Of a stretch of 25,467 nt of DNA, positions 1 through 7,521 are shown piece after piece (positions within the stretch are counted from its first letter, which is position 1; the number at the start of each line of letters is the position of its first letter). Origin of the DNA: Planctomycetota bacterium (GTDB taxonomy: Bacteria; Planctomycetota; PLA2; JAEUHO01); NCBI GenBank assembly GCA_965223505.1, contig CBDCWP010000015.1:1-25467 (forward strand). Reading direction: 5' to 3'. Made by a program: the position numbers and the translations under genes. The notes beneath the pieces were generated by a model. That model did no database searches. It was given only the letters and a program-made list of their open reading frames with translations, and had not been told where the DNA came from.

Positions 1-1203
1 GCGATGCGGCTCCGGCAGGTCGTCCTCAACCTCGCCGGCAACGCGGTGAAGTTCACACACAACGGAGAGATCGTTCTTCGGGTACGGGCGAAGACGGTCG
101 CGAGCGATGAAGCGCTGCTCGAGTTCGCCGTGCGCGACACCGGAGTCGGAATCCCCGCCTACAAGCTGGATACGATCTTCGCAGCCTTCGCCCAGGCCGA
201 CATGACGACCACACGTCGCTTCGGCGGAACGGGCCTCGGACTTGCGATCAGCTCGGAGATCGTGCGGGTCATGGGTGGTGAGATCCAAGTAGAGAGCGAG
301 GTGGATGTCGGCAGCACGTTCAGCTTCAGGGTGCGCTTCGGCGTCGATTCGTCGGCCGCGCAGCGCGTGGCGGGACCGGTGCGCGAGATGTTCCGCGGTG
401 TGTCGATCCTCATCGTGGATGACAACGAGACCAACCGTCGGATCCTGCTGGATGTCTTGCGCAATTGGGAGATGCAGCCGGCCGCCGCGGACCGGGGCGC
501 GGCGGCGCTCGACATGTTGCGTGACGCGGCGAAGCGCGGCGATCCGTTCCGTGCGGCGATCCTCGACTTCCAAATGCCCGAGATGGACGGACTCATGCTG
601 GCCGAGCGGATTCGCGAAGACGCGCTGATCGCGACGACGCCGCTCTTGATGCTGACGTCCGGCGGGGGACCGGATCACGAGCGAAGGCGAGCGTCGTTGG
701 GCATCGAGGCCCAGCTCCTCAAGCCGACCAAACAATCGGAGCTGCTGGAAGCCCTCTCGCGGGTCTTGGATGTGGAGCGTCAACCGGCGCCGGCGGAAGC
801 GGCAACGACGCTCGAGCCGGTGACGCGGCCGCTGCACATCCTGCTGGCCGAGGACAACCCCATCAACCGGGAGCTTGCCGTCGGGCTCCTGGAGATGCGC
901 GGGCACGAGATCACCGTGACGACGGATGGCCGCGACGCCGTCGATCTCTTCGCGTCACGGCCCGGCGCCTTCGACCTCGTGTTGATGGACGTCCAAATGC
1001 CCGGCATGGACGGCTTCGACGCGACCGCGGCGATCCGCAGCATGGAGGAAGATGGCCGGCCGCGGACGCCGATCGTAGCGATGACGGCACACGCGATGAC
1101 GGGTGACCGGGAGCGATGCATCGAGGCGGGAATGGACGGCTACGTCTCGAAGCCCATCGACGTGAAGGAGCTGATGCAGGCGATCGAGCGGGCTACGCGC
1201 TAG
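1..1203 (+). CDS. Hybrid sensor histidine kinase, C-terminal part (HATPase_c + two receiver domains); 5'-truncated by the window edge
   Basis: N box RLRQVVLNLAGNAVKFT, G1 VRDTGVGI, F box FAAFAQAD, G2 GGTGLGLAIS. Two REC domains: ILIVDDNETN...ILDFQMPEMDG and ILLAEDNPIN...LMDVQMPGMDG...SKP. The frame is open to position 1, so the Met at 4 is internal. Confidence 0.95.
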   Translation, partial: AMRLRQVVLNLAGNAVKFTHNGEIVLRVRAKTVASDEALLEFAVRDTGVGIPAYKLDTIFAAFAQADMTTTRRFGGTGLGLAISSEIVRVMGGEIQVESEVDVGSTFSFRVRFGVDSSAAQRVAGPVREMFRGVSILIVDDNETNRRILLDVLRNWEMQPAAADRGAAALDMLRDAAKRGDPFRAAILDFQMPEMDGLMLAERIREDALIATTPLLMLTSGGGPDHERRRASLGIEAQLLKPTKQSELLEALSRVLDVERQPAPAEAATTLEPVTRPLHILLAEDNPINRELAVGLLEMRGHEITVTTDGRDAVDLFASRPGAFDLVLMDVQMPGMDGFDATAAIRSMEEDGRPRTPIVAMTAHAMTGDRERCIEAGMDGYVSKPIDVKELMQAIERATR

Positions 1204-1299
1204 CGCATCAGCTCATCGCGTCGTCCTGGGGTTTCGCCCGGCGTCGGTCGGGCGGCGGCGATCACGGCAGCCGGAGGATGACCCGCGCGCTGAGGTCGA

Positions 1300-1465
1300 T
1301 GTCGCCATTCCCCTGGAACGCTAGGAACCAACCGGCACCCTGATTCACGTAGGGGTGCCGTTCGGGTTGCCGGGCGACGACGCGTACCACAACATGAGCG
1401 CAAGGGACCAGGCTCTCATTTGGGACGCTCCCAAGTCGGGCCGCGGACTGCGCCACGCAGGGCGG
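1300..1465. ncRNA. Candidate structured non-coding RNA in a convergent intergenic gap (identity unresolved; loosely 6S-like on the minus strand)
   Basis: Consecutive stems: CGGCACCC 1333-1340 with GGGTGCCG 1353-1360; ATGAG 1394-1398 with CTCAT 1415-1419; TTGGGA 1420-1425 with TCCCAA 1429-1434; GTCGCC 1301-1306 with GGCGAC 1373-1378. No convincing protein in any frame. Confidence 0.3.
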
Positions 1466-1573
1466 CCGGTCACCTTCCCGGGCGTCAAGTCGACGGGACG
1501 AGTGCCAGAGCGCGCCCGGTGCGGTGTCCGTGGGCAATCGACCGCGTTCCGTGGTGCGAAGCTGCGCTCCCCG

Positions 1574-1870
1574 TCAGGCGGCGGGCGCGGGCTTCTTCCT
1601 GATGAGCTTCAGGACGATCCAGATGATGAGCGTTCCCAGGATGGCCGCTACGACCTCCTGCAAGGTGACGCGGATCTCGCTCATCCCGTAGTCCAGATCG
1701 ATCAGCTTGACGAACAGAACACCGCCCAAGAGACCTCCGACGAGTCCGAGGGCGAGGTTCTTGAGCCAGCCGTAGCCCTGCTTGCGCCCCGTGAGCAGCA
1801 TCCCGACGAAACCACCCGCGATGGCGCCCACGATCACCCAGTTGATCAGCTCCGAGATCTGGATCGACAT
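1574..1870 (-). CDS. GlsB/YeaQ/YmgE family (transglycosylase-associated) small membrane protein, 98 aa
   Basis: MSIQISELINWVIVGAIAGGFVGMLL...NLALGLVGGLLGGVLF...VVAAILGTLIIWIV matches the family pattern with 3 hydrophobic segments. GGAGG RBS 6 nt upstream of the ATG at 1870. The track's start at 2260 is over-extended. Confidence 0.88.
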   Translation of the reverse strand: MSIQISELINWVIVGAIAGGFVGMLLTGRKQGYGWLKNLALGLVGGLLGGVLFVKLIDLDYGMSEIRVTLQEVVAAILGTLIIWIVLKLIRKKPAPAA

Positions 1871-2082
1871 GTTGAACCTCCGGCGATCAGGGTAGGAACT
1901 GAACGCCGATCGCGCCACCAGGTACGCTAGGTCGCGTACGTCTCGCGCCAGGTTGGAGTCCGAGCCTGAACCCATCACGGACGCGGAGGTTCTGCTCCGT
2001 TGTGGGACACGGCCTACTCGTATCCCGCCGAAGACCGGGCTACGATCACGCTTCTGTTGACGAGTGAGGGGAGGGAAGTCGC

Positions 2083-3993
2083 ATGCGTGTAGGTGCCTTC
2101 GGTGCGCTGATGGGCGCGATCTGCCTTGCTTCGCTCTCGGCCGCGAGAGCGGATGGCGAAGCGGTCGAGATCGAGTTCTTCCTCGGCGTCCCCGGCGCGA
2201 AGCACGCCCCGCGCTTCTCCGCCAAACCCGTGACGGCGAAGCTCTCGTCGGTGAAGGCACGCGGGCTGCAGGGCATCGAGCACCTCGGCGGACGCATCAA
2301 GATCGGGCCGAAGCCGGGCAAGGGACGGCCGTTCGTGCTCGGGCGCAGTCGAGAGGGGATGGTCTACGACCTGCTCGTCATCGACGCGAACGGTGACGGC
2401 AAGCTCGAAGACGAGATGCCCGCGCGCTTCGAGCTTCGCCAGAGCGGCGGCAAGAACCACTCGATGTTCGAGTTCGTCGTACGCGTGAACCATGACGGCA
2501 AGGGCGAGCCCGAGCGGCATCCCTTGTCCATGAGCGTGTCCACGACGGGCAACGGCGATGCGCCGCAGGTGCTGTCGTACTCCAGCGCCGGGTATCGCAG
2601 CTGTCGGGTCATCCTCGGCGGCGAAGGGTACTTCGTCGTGCTCTCCGATGCGCAGAGTGACGGGGTCTACGGCGAGGGCGACAGCTGGACGATCCGGCCG
2701 GCGACGACCCATGAACCCTACGAGATCGTCCACGCCCGGACGGTCGGCGACTACGTCTGGGCCGGCGGCAAGGCGTGGAAGCTGAAGCTGGAGGGAACGA
2801 GGGGCAAGCATGCGCGTCTGGTTCCGTTCGATCCCGGCATCACCGAGGAGGAAGACCGAAGGAAGCGCAATCCGGTCGCGGCGGACCCCGAGGACCCGGA
2901 GATCGAGACGCCGCTCGAATTCGTGTACGACATCGAGGCGGGGCGGGCGGAGGCGCAGCAGGAGCAGGCGGCGTTGTTCCTCAGCTTCGAGGCGGCCGGA
3001 TGCGCGCAGTGTCAGGCCATGCGTGGCGCCGTGTATGGGAACACCGAGATTGCCTCGGCGGCGAACGGCCTCGTCTGTGTCCAGCTCGATGCGCAGAAAG
3101 ATCCATTGGTTCACGAGTACGGCGTCAAGGACCATCCCACCGGCATCCTGTTCGATCCGGACGGCGACGAGATCGAGCGCTTCGAAGGCGTTCAGTCGGT
3201 CAACGAGTTCCTCGCGTTTCTGTCCGAGGCCCATTCGTACCTGTGGCCCTCCGACCACGAACCCGCGAAGCTCAAGGGCGCCGCGAAGAAGCGGCACGCG
3301 AAGGTGGTGAAGGCCCTCTTCCGGTACCTCGACGACAACAAGGGGCACGGCTTGCTCGTGGACCGGATTGCGGATCTCGGCACACGAAAGAACCGCGCCG
3401 CGCGCGATGCCCTGATCCAGTTCGCCGAGAAGCGCAAGAGCAAGGAGTACGTCGCCGCCGCGTTCTTCGCGATCGCGAAGATCTCCGGCAAGCGGAGCAT
3501 CGAATTCCTCTGCGGGAAGAAGGGCCTCGCATCGGGCGACTTCCTCGTCGCGCAGAAGGCCGCTGAGGCGCTGGGAACGGCGAAGGATCCCAGGGCGATC
3601 GGCCCGATCACGAGCGTCATGACGAGCAAGGGAACGAAGATCGAGATCGTTCACGCATGCGCGATCGCGTTGGCGAAGTGCGGCCCCGACGATGAAGCGG
3701 TGACGGAGGTCATTCTCGAGTACACGGGCCATCAGAAGGACACGATCCGCGCGGGCGCAGTCGAGGCGTTGGGGTATCTGAAGTCCGAGCGGGCGCTCGC
3801 GCGGCTGAAGGAGTTCCTGAAGCACGACAAGAACACGCGCGTCCGCGCCCACGCGGCGTGGGGGATCGGACACACGATGCGCACCGAGCTGATTCCCCTA
3901 CTTCGTGACGCGATCAAGGACGACAAGGCGCACACGGTTCGCACCGCGGCACTGGAGGCCATTCGCGAGATCCAGGGCGAGGAGAAGAAATAG
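2083..3993 (+). CDS. Exported multidomain protein: N-terminal beta domain with a Ca-binding-like loop, thioredoxin-like CxxC domain, C-terminal HEAT repeats
   Basis: Signal peptide ending in A-R-A; DANGDGKLEDE loop; FEAAGCAQCQAM...DHPTGILFDPDG (CxxC and cis-Pro region); HEAT motifs AAEALG, IRAGAVEALG, VRAHAAWGIG, VRTAALEAI; GAGGGAGGG RBS. Confidence 0.8.
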   Translation: MRVGAFGALMGAICLASLSAARADGEAVEIEFFLGVPGAKHAPRFSAKPVTAKLSSVKARGLQGIEHLGGRIKIGPKPGKGRPFVLGRSREGMVYDLLVIDANGDGKLEDEMPARFELRQSGGKNHSMFEFVVRVNHDGKGEPERHPLSMSVSTTGNGDAPQVLSYSSAGYRSCRVILGGEGYFVVLSDAQSDGVYGEGDSWTIRPATTHEPYEIVHARTVGDYVWAGGKAWKLKLEGTRGKHARLVPFDPGITEEEDRRKRNPVAADPEDPEIETPLEFVYDIEAGRAEAQQEQAALFLSFEAAGCAQCQAMRGAVYGNTEIASAANGLVCVQLDAQKDPLVHEYGVKDHPTGILFDPDGDEIERFEGVQSVNEFLAFLSEAHSYLWPSDHEPAKLKGAAKKRHAKVVKALFRYLDDNKGHGLLVDRIADLGTRKNRAARDALIQFAEKRKSKEYVAAAFFAIAKISGKRSIEFLCGKKGLASGDFLVAQKAAEALGTAKDPRAIGPITSVMTSKGTKIEIVHACAIALAKCGPDDEAVTEVILEYTGHQKDTIRAGAVEALGYLKSERALARLKEFLKHDKNTRVRAHAAWGIGHTMRTELIPLLRDAIKDDKAHTVRTAALEAIREIQGEEKK

Positions 3994-4028
3994 ACTCACT
4001 CCCCGCGGCTGCCAGACGCTTCGGTGGA

Positions 4029-4847
4029 TCAGCGGTCTCTGCTGCGCGGGAGAACCGCCGCGACGTTGGCGCCGTGGATGCCCGATTGCAGCCTCACCGT
4101 CGGTGACAGGGGGTGCTTGACGTACGCGAACCTCTCGGTGACGCGGATCGACTCGAATCCCGCGGCAGCCAGCAGCTCGCACAGGTCGTCGATCGTCAAG
4201 AGGCTTGCTGTGATGGTGTTCTCCCAGTCGGCGGGGAGTCTCCGCTCCAAGAACACGTCTGCGAGCAGGAGACGTCCGCCGGGCTTGAGCACGCGGGCCA
4301 TCTCGGCCAGCGCACACGCCTTGTCGTATGTGTTGTTGAGCACGCCGTTGGACATCGCGGCGTCGACGCTCGCGTCCTTGACGGGCAGGCACTCTGCCAG
4401 ACCATCGCGAATGTCGACGCGATCGGCCACGCCCATCGCGATGGCGTTGCGCCGCGCTTCGGCCCGCATCTCGGGCGTGAAGTCGACCCCGACGACGCGG
4501 CCCGAGGATCCAACGCCCTTCGCGGCCAGCAGCAGGTCGACCCCCGCGCCCGAGCCGACGTCGAGCACCGTTTCGCCCGGGTGGATCGGGCCGATCCGCA
4601 ACGGATTGCCGACGCCGGCGAATCGCTCGACGGCGGACGCGGGCAGGCGCTCGAGTTGTGCGCGGTCGTACCGCAAGCGTTCCACGGCGTAGTCGATGCC
4701 GTAGTGCGCGGACCGCCCCGTTCGCGGGTCGGCGACCACCCGCGCATAGGTCTGCCGCAAGCTCGTCTGCGGCGGCTGCAGATCCAGCGGGCGGGCGCGT
4801 GAGCCGAGCATGGCGGGCCTCCGCCACGGCCAACGGGGCCGGGGCAT
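4029..4847 (-). CDS. Class I SAM-dependent methyltransferase, ArsM/UbiE-related family (FAGVGNP subtype)
   Basis: PGETVLDVGSGAGVD (motif I), RVVGVDFTPEM, LPVKDASVDAAMSNGVLN, EMARVLKPGGRL. Start at 4847 (GGAG upstream) or 4811. Confidence 0.85.
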   Translation of the reverse strand: MPRPRWPWRRPAMLGSRARPLDLQPPQTSLRQTYARVVADPRTGRSAHYGIDYAVERLRYDRAQLERLPASAVERFAGVGNPLRIGPIHPGETVLDVGSGAGVDLLLAAKGVGSSGRVVGVDFTPEMRAEARRNAIAMGVADRVDIRDGLAECLPVKDASVDAAMSNGVLNNTYDKACALAEMARVLKPGGRLLLADVFLERRLPADWENTITASLLTIDDLCELLAAAGFESIRVTERFAYVKHPLSPTVRLQSGIHGANVAAVLPRSRDR

Positions 4848-4900
4848 GAAGGCTCAACTCCGCACGGGGCCCCATCGGGGACCGAAAACCTGCGGTCGTT

Positions 4901-4927
4901 TGCGTCTTTCTTCCGCACGCGGCGTCT
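4901..4927 (+). promoter_or_regulatory. Putative ECF (SigZ-dependent) promoter TGCGTC-N16-CGTCT upstream of the Cys-rich peptide/sigZ genes
   Basis: TGCGTC at 4901-4906, 16-nt spacer, CGTCT at 4923-4927. This is ECF-type geometry with a CGTC -10 element. Assignment to SigZ is inference from typical ECF autoregulation. Confidence 0.5.
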
Positions 4928-4992
4928 TCAGGGGTGGTTCGGTGACGTGCCCCCCGGCCGAACCCCAAGCAACCGGGGGCGGAGACATCCTC

Positions 4993-5211
4993 ATGTCCAC
5001 AACGATTGGACTCGTCCTGGCCGTGGGCCTGGCGCTGCTCGTCCCGCTGGCATTCGCAGGTGAGGCGCCGAGCGAGCGGAGCGCGTGCTGCCCCGAGTGC
5101 CCCCCCGAGTGTCGGGAGGACTGCCGGCCCGGCTGCTGCGAAGAATGCCCGCCGGACTGCTGCGATCCGGCGTCGTGCTGTCCCAAGGCAGGCGCGGAAG
5201 ACGAAGAGTAA
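4993..5211 (+). CDS. Small exported Cys-rich (metallothionein-like) protein, 72 aa
   Basis: GGAG RBS at 4981, ATG at 4993; signal peptide ending PLAFA; mature part ACCPECPPECREDCRPGCCEECPPDCCDPASCCPK has 12 Cys in 32 residues; acidic tail. Confidence 0.8.
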   Translation: MSTTIGLVLAVGLALLVPLAFAGEAPSERSACCPECPPECREDCRPGCCEECPPDCCDPASCCPKAGAEDEE

Positions 5212-5215
5212 CGAA

Positions 5216-5239
5216 GCGGGGCCGGGAGGCCGGCCCCGC
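5216..5239 (+). terminator. Perfect GC hairpin between the Cys-rich gene and sigZ (partial terminator or mRNA-stabilising stem)
   Basis: GCGGGGCCGG-GAGG-CCGGCCCCGC, a 10-bp stem 4 nt after the TAA, with no U-tract. Confidence 0.55.
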
Positions 5240-5262
5240 ACCCGCCCTACGATGGAGGGCCC

Positions 5263-5838
5263 TTGAGCGACGACGCGACCGAAGTCGAACGAGTCTGGCG
5301 TGCTCACGCAGCGCGGCTGCGCGCGTACCTCGCTTCGCGGCTGAGGAATCCCTCCGACGTCGACGACGTGCTTCAAGACGTCTTGATCAAGACGCATGCC
5401 GGGCTGCCGGGGCTGCGCGACCCCGGGCGACTGGTGCCGTGGCTGTATCGCGTGACGCGCAATGCGTTGTTGGATCATGCGCGCAAAGCGCGATCTCGGC
5501 GAGATACGGGCCAACGCTCCGAACGCGACATCGTCGACTCTCGGCGTGAGCCCCTCGACGACGTGCGCAGCGAGCTGGCATCGTGCGTGCGCCCGTTCGT
5601 CGAGGCGCTGCCGGAGCGCTATCGAGAGACGATGGCGGCTGTCGAGCTCGAGGGGCGCCCGCAGAAGGAGGTGGCCAAGCGGCTCGGGATCTCGCTCTCC
5701 GCCGTCAAGTCGCGGGTTCAACGCGGCCGGCGGATGTTGCGCGGCGTTTTCGATCGATGCTGCACGGTCCAGATCGACCGGCGCGGGAACGTCATCGACT
5801 ACGAGCGAAACGGCGACTGCTCCGCCGAGGGCTGCTGA
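5263..5838 (+). CDS. sigZ: ECF RNA polymerase sigma factor, SigZ family
   Basis: Region 2 DVDDVLQDVLIK...WLYRVTRNALLDH; region 4 LPERYRE...QKEVAKRLGISLSAVKSRVQRGRRML; SigZ-type tail FDRCCTVQIDRRGNVIDY...C...C. TTG start with GGAGGG RBS. Confidence 0.9.
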   Translation: MSDDATEVERVWRAHAARLRAYLASRLRNPSDVDDVLQDVLIKTHAGLPGLRDPGRLVPWLYRVTRNALLDHARKARSRRDTGQRSERDIVDSRREPLDDVRSELASCVRPFVEALPERYRETMAAVELEGRPQKEVAKRLGISLSAVKSRVQRGRRMLRGVFDRCCTVQIDRRGNVIDYERNGDCSAEGC

Positions 5839-5909
5839 GCGCGGTCCAGTGGTTGGGCGAGCAGTGTCGGAGAATCAGCCGCGCACGCGATCCGCGGTAC
5901 CTTGCTGCC

Positions 5910-6425
5910 ATGACGACTGTCGACCCCGAGTTCTTGATTCGCCGTGCGCGGCCCGCCGACGCCGAAGACATGGTCGCGCTGCTCAACCCCATCATCGAGC
6001 AGCGCAAGTACAGCGCCCTGGTCACGCCCGCTTCCGTGGAAACGCAGCGCGCGTTCATCGAGACCTTCCCCGAGCGAGGAGTCTTCCACGTCGCCGAGGA
6101 GCTCGCGACCCGACGCGTCGTCGGCATGCAGGACCTCGCGCCGTTCTACGCCGACTCCGCCGCATTCGACCACGTCGCCGGCATCGCGACGTTCGTCGCG
6201 CTCACGCATCACCGGCGCGGCATCGCGGCCCGTCTCTTCGAGGCGTCGTTCGCTGCGGCGCGAGAAGCCGGCTTCGAGAAGATCCTCACCTTCGTTCGGG
6301 CGGACAACGAAGCGGGTCTCCGCGCGTACCTGGGCCAGGGATTCACCAAGGTCGGTACGGCTGAACGCCTCGCCAAGATCGACGGTCGCTACGTCGACGA
6401 GGTGATCATCGAGCGATTCTTGTAG
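5910..6425 (+). CDS. GNAT N-acetyltransferase, YncA/PAT/ArsN1-like, 171 aa
   Basis: IRRARPADAEDM; acetyl-CoA motif HHRRGIAARL; VRADNEAGLRAYLGQGF; C-terminus AKIDGRYVDEVIIERFL. Start at ATG 5910; the track's 5583 start overlaps sigZ. Confidence 0.88.
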   Translation: MTTVDPEFLIRRARPADAEDMVALLNPIIEQRKYSALVTPASVETQRAFIETFPERGVFHVAEELATRRVVGMQDLAPFYADSAAFDHVAGIATFVALTHHRRGIAARLFEASFAAAREAGFEKILTFVRADNEAGLRAYLGQGFTKVGTAERLAKIDGRYVDEVIIERFL

Positions 6426-6505
6426 GACGCGACGAGCGTGTGCTGTTCGATCACCGGGGTCTCCGTCCCGGTGTCGAGGTCTCCGATGCGGTTACGGTAG
6501 TGCGC

Positions 6506-7504
6506 ATGAAGGTTTCCGCCGCCGGGCTCTGCATTCTGATCGTCTCCGTGGCCGCCGCGTGGGCCGAGCCGCCGAAGGAGCCGGAGACGAGGGCGCAGGC
6601 GATCGCCATCCTGGTCGGGGCGGAGAGCTACGACGAGGAATCCGTCGGCCTCGCAGGCGCGAAGTCGACCACGTTCCGGGCGTACGAGTGGCTCCGTGAG
6701 AACGTCGCCGTCGAAGAGTGGGCGGAGCTGACCGCGCACGAGAGCCCTGTCGTTCGCTGCTACGCCGTACGCGCGTTGGCGGATGCCAAGGACCCCGAGC
6801 GCTTGCGCAAGGCCGTCTTCGAGGGCATCCGAGACACGGCGCGTGTTCGGCACTTCCAGGGCTGCATCATGGGCGAAGCCCATGTCGGTGACGTGATCGT
6901 CCGAATCGGGTTGGCCGGCTTCGACGAGGAGACCAGGGCCGAGCTTCGAGATGCGATGCTCGCCTCGGACGTTCCCCTCCTCGAGCGCGAGCGCATGCTG
7001 TGGACGGGGGCGTTCGGCGACAAGCACGTCGACCGGGTCCTCGAGCTGGCGCGCGACGGGAACCTGCACGCGCTCCGTGGACTCGCGACCCGAAAGCACC
7101 CCGAGGCATCCAAGATCATCGTGAAGATTCTCGGCGGCGCGAAGACGGAGGGGGGCGACGAAGACGACGAGGTGTGCCTGCACAGTGCCGTCATGTCGAC
7201 CGTCGGGTGGCCCGATCCACGCTTCTGGAAGGGCCTCGATCGGATGCGCGAGAGGGCGGCCAAAGAGCTCAACCACAACTGGGTGCGTGACTACATGAAG
7301 GCCGTGGCCGGATACGAGAACGAGGCCGCGGCTCGCGTGCTACATCAGCTGCTGGACGTGAATCGCGGCGCGGAGTGGAAACAACGGCTGACCGCGGAAA
7401 AGGTGTTCAAGGCACTCGACGGACACCGCGTGGAGAGTTTCGAGACCTTGCGCCGACGTCTCGCAATCACCTGGTCCCTTCGGGACGAGGCGAGCGGCAA
7501 GTAG
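6506..7504 (+). CDS. Exported alpha-helical (HEAT-like) hypothetical protein
   Basis: Signal peptide MKVSAAGLCILIVSVAAAWA; ELTAHESPVVRCYAVRALAD is HEAT-like; codon bias matches neighbouring genes. Confidence 0.72.
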   Translation: MKVSAAGLCILIVSVAAAWAEPPKEPETRAQAIAILVGAESYDEESVGLAGAKSTTFRAYEWLRENVAVEEWAELTAHESPVVRCYAVRALADAKDPERLRKAVFEGIRDTARVRHFQGCIMGEAHVGDVIVRIGLAGFDEETRAELRDAMLASDVPLLERERMLWTGAFGDKHVDRVLELARDGNLHALRGLATRKHPEASKIIVKILGGAKTEGGDEDDEVCLHSAVMSTVGWPDPRFWKGLDRMRERAAKELNHNWVRDYMKAVAGYENEAAARVLHQLLDVNRGAEWKQRLTAEKVFKALDGHRVESFETLRRRLAITWSLRDEASGK

Positions 7505-7521
7505 ATTCGCAGCTCGGTCCG

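Noticed and set aside
1310..1375. SAM-riboswitch-like words (CGGCAACC ... GGTGCC) on the minus strand
   Set aside because: The P1 AUC/GAU and kink-turn elements are not evident, and there is no downstream same-strand gene to regulate.
2014..3873. 619-aa antisense ORF, and similar long shadow ORFs (3898-5721, 17622-18752, 19801-21465, 20790-22265)
   Set aside because: They overlap well-supported genes and give Arg/Pro/Ala-rich translations without motifs. Long stop-free shadow frames are expected at this GC content.
4029..4300. Possible selenocysteine recoding in the ArsM-like methyltransferase
   Set aside because: No in-frame TGA at the expected position; the only TGA follows a complete-looking C-terminus.
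4993..5211. Cys-rich peptide as a RiPP precursor (ranthipeptide or lanthipeptide)
   Set aside because: It has a Sec-type signal peptide rather than a RiPP leader, and no radical SAM, LanM, YcaO or peptidase-transporter gene is nearby.
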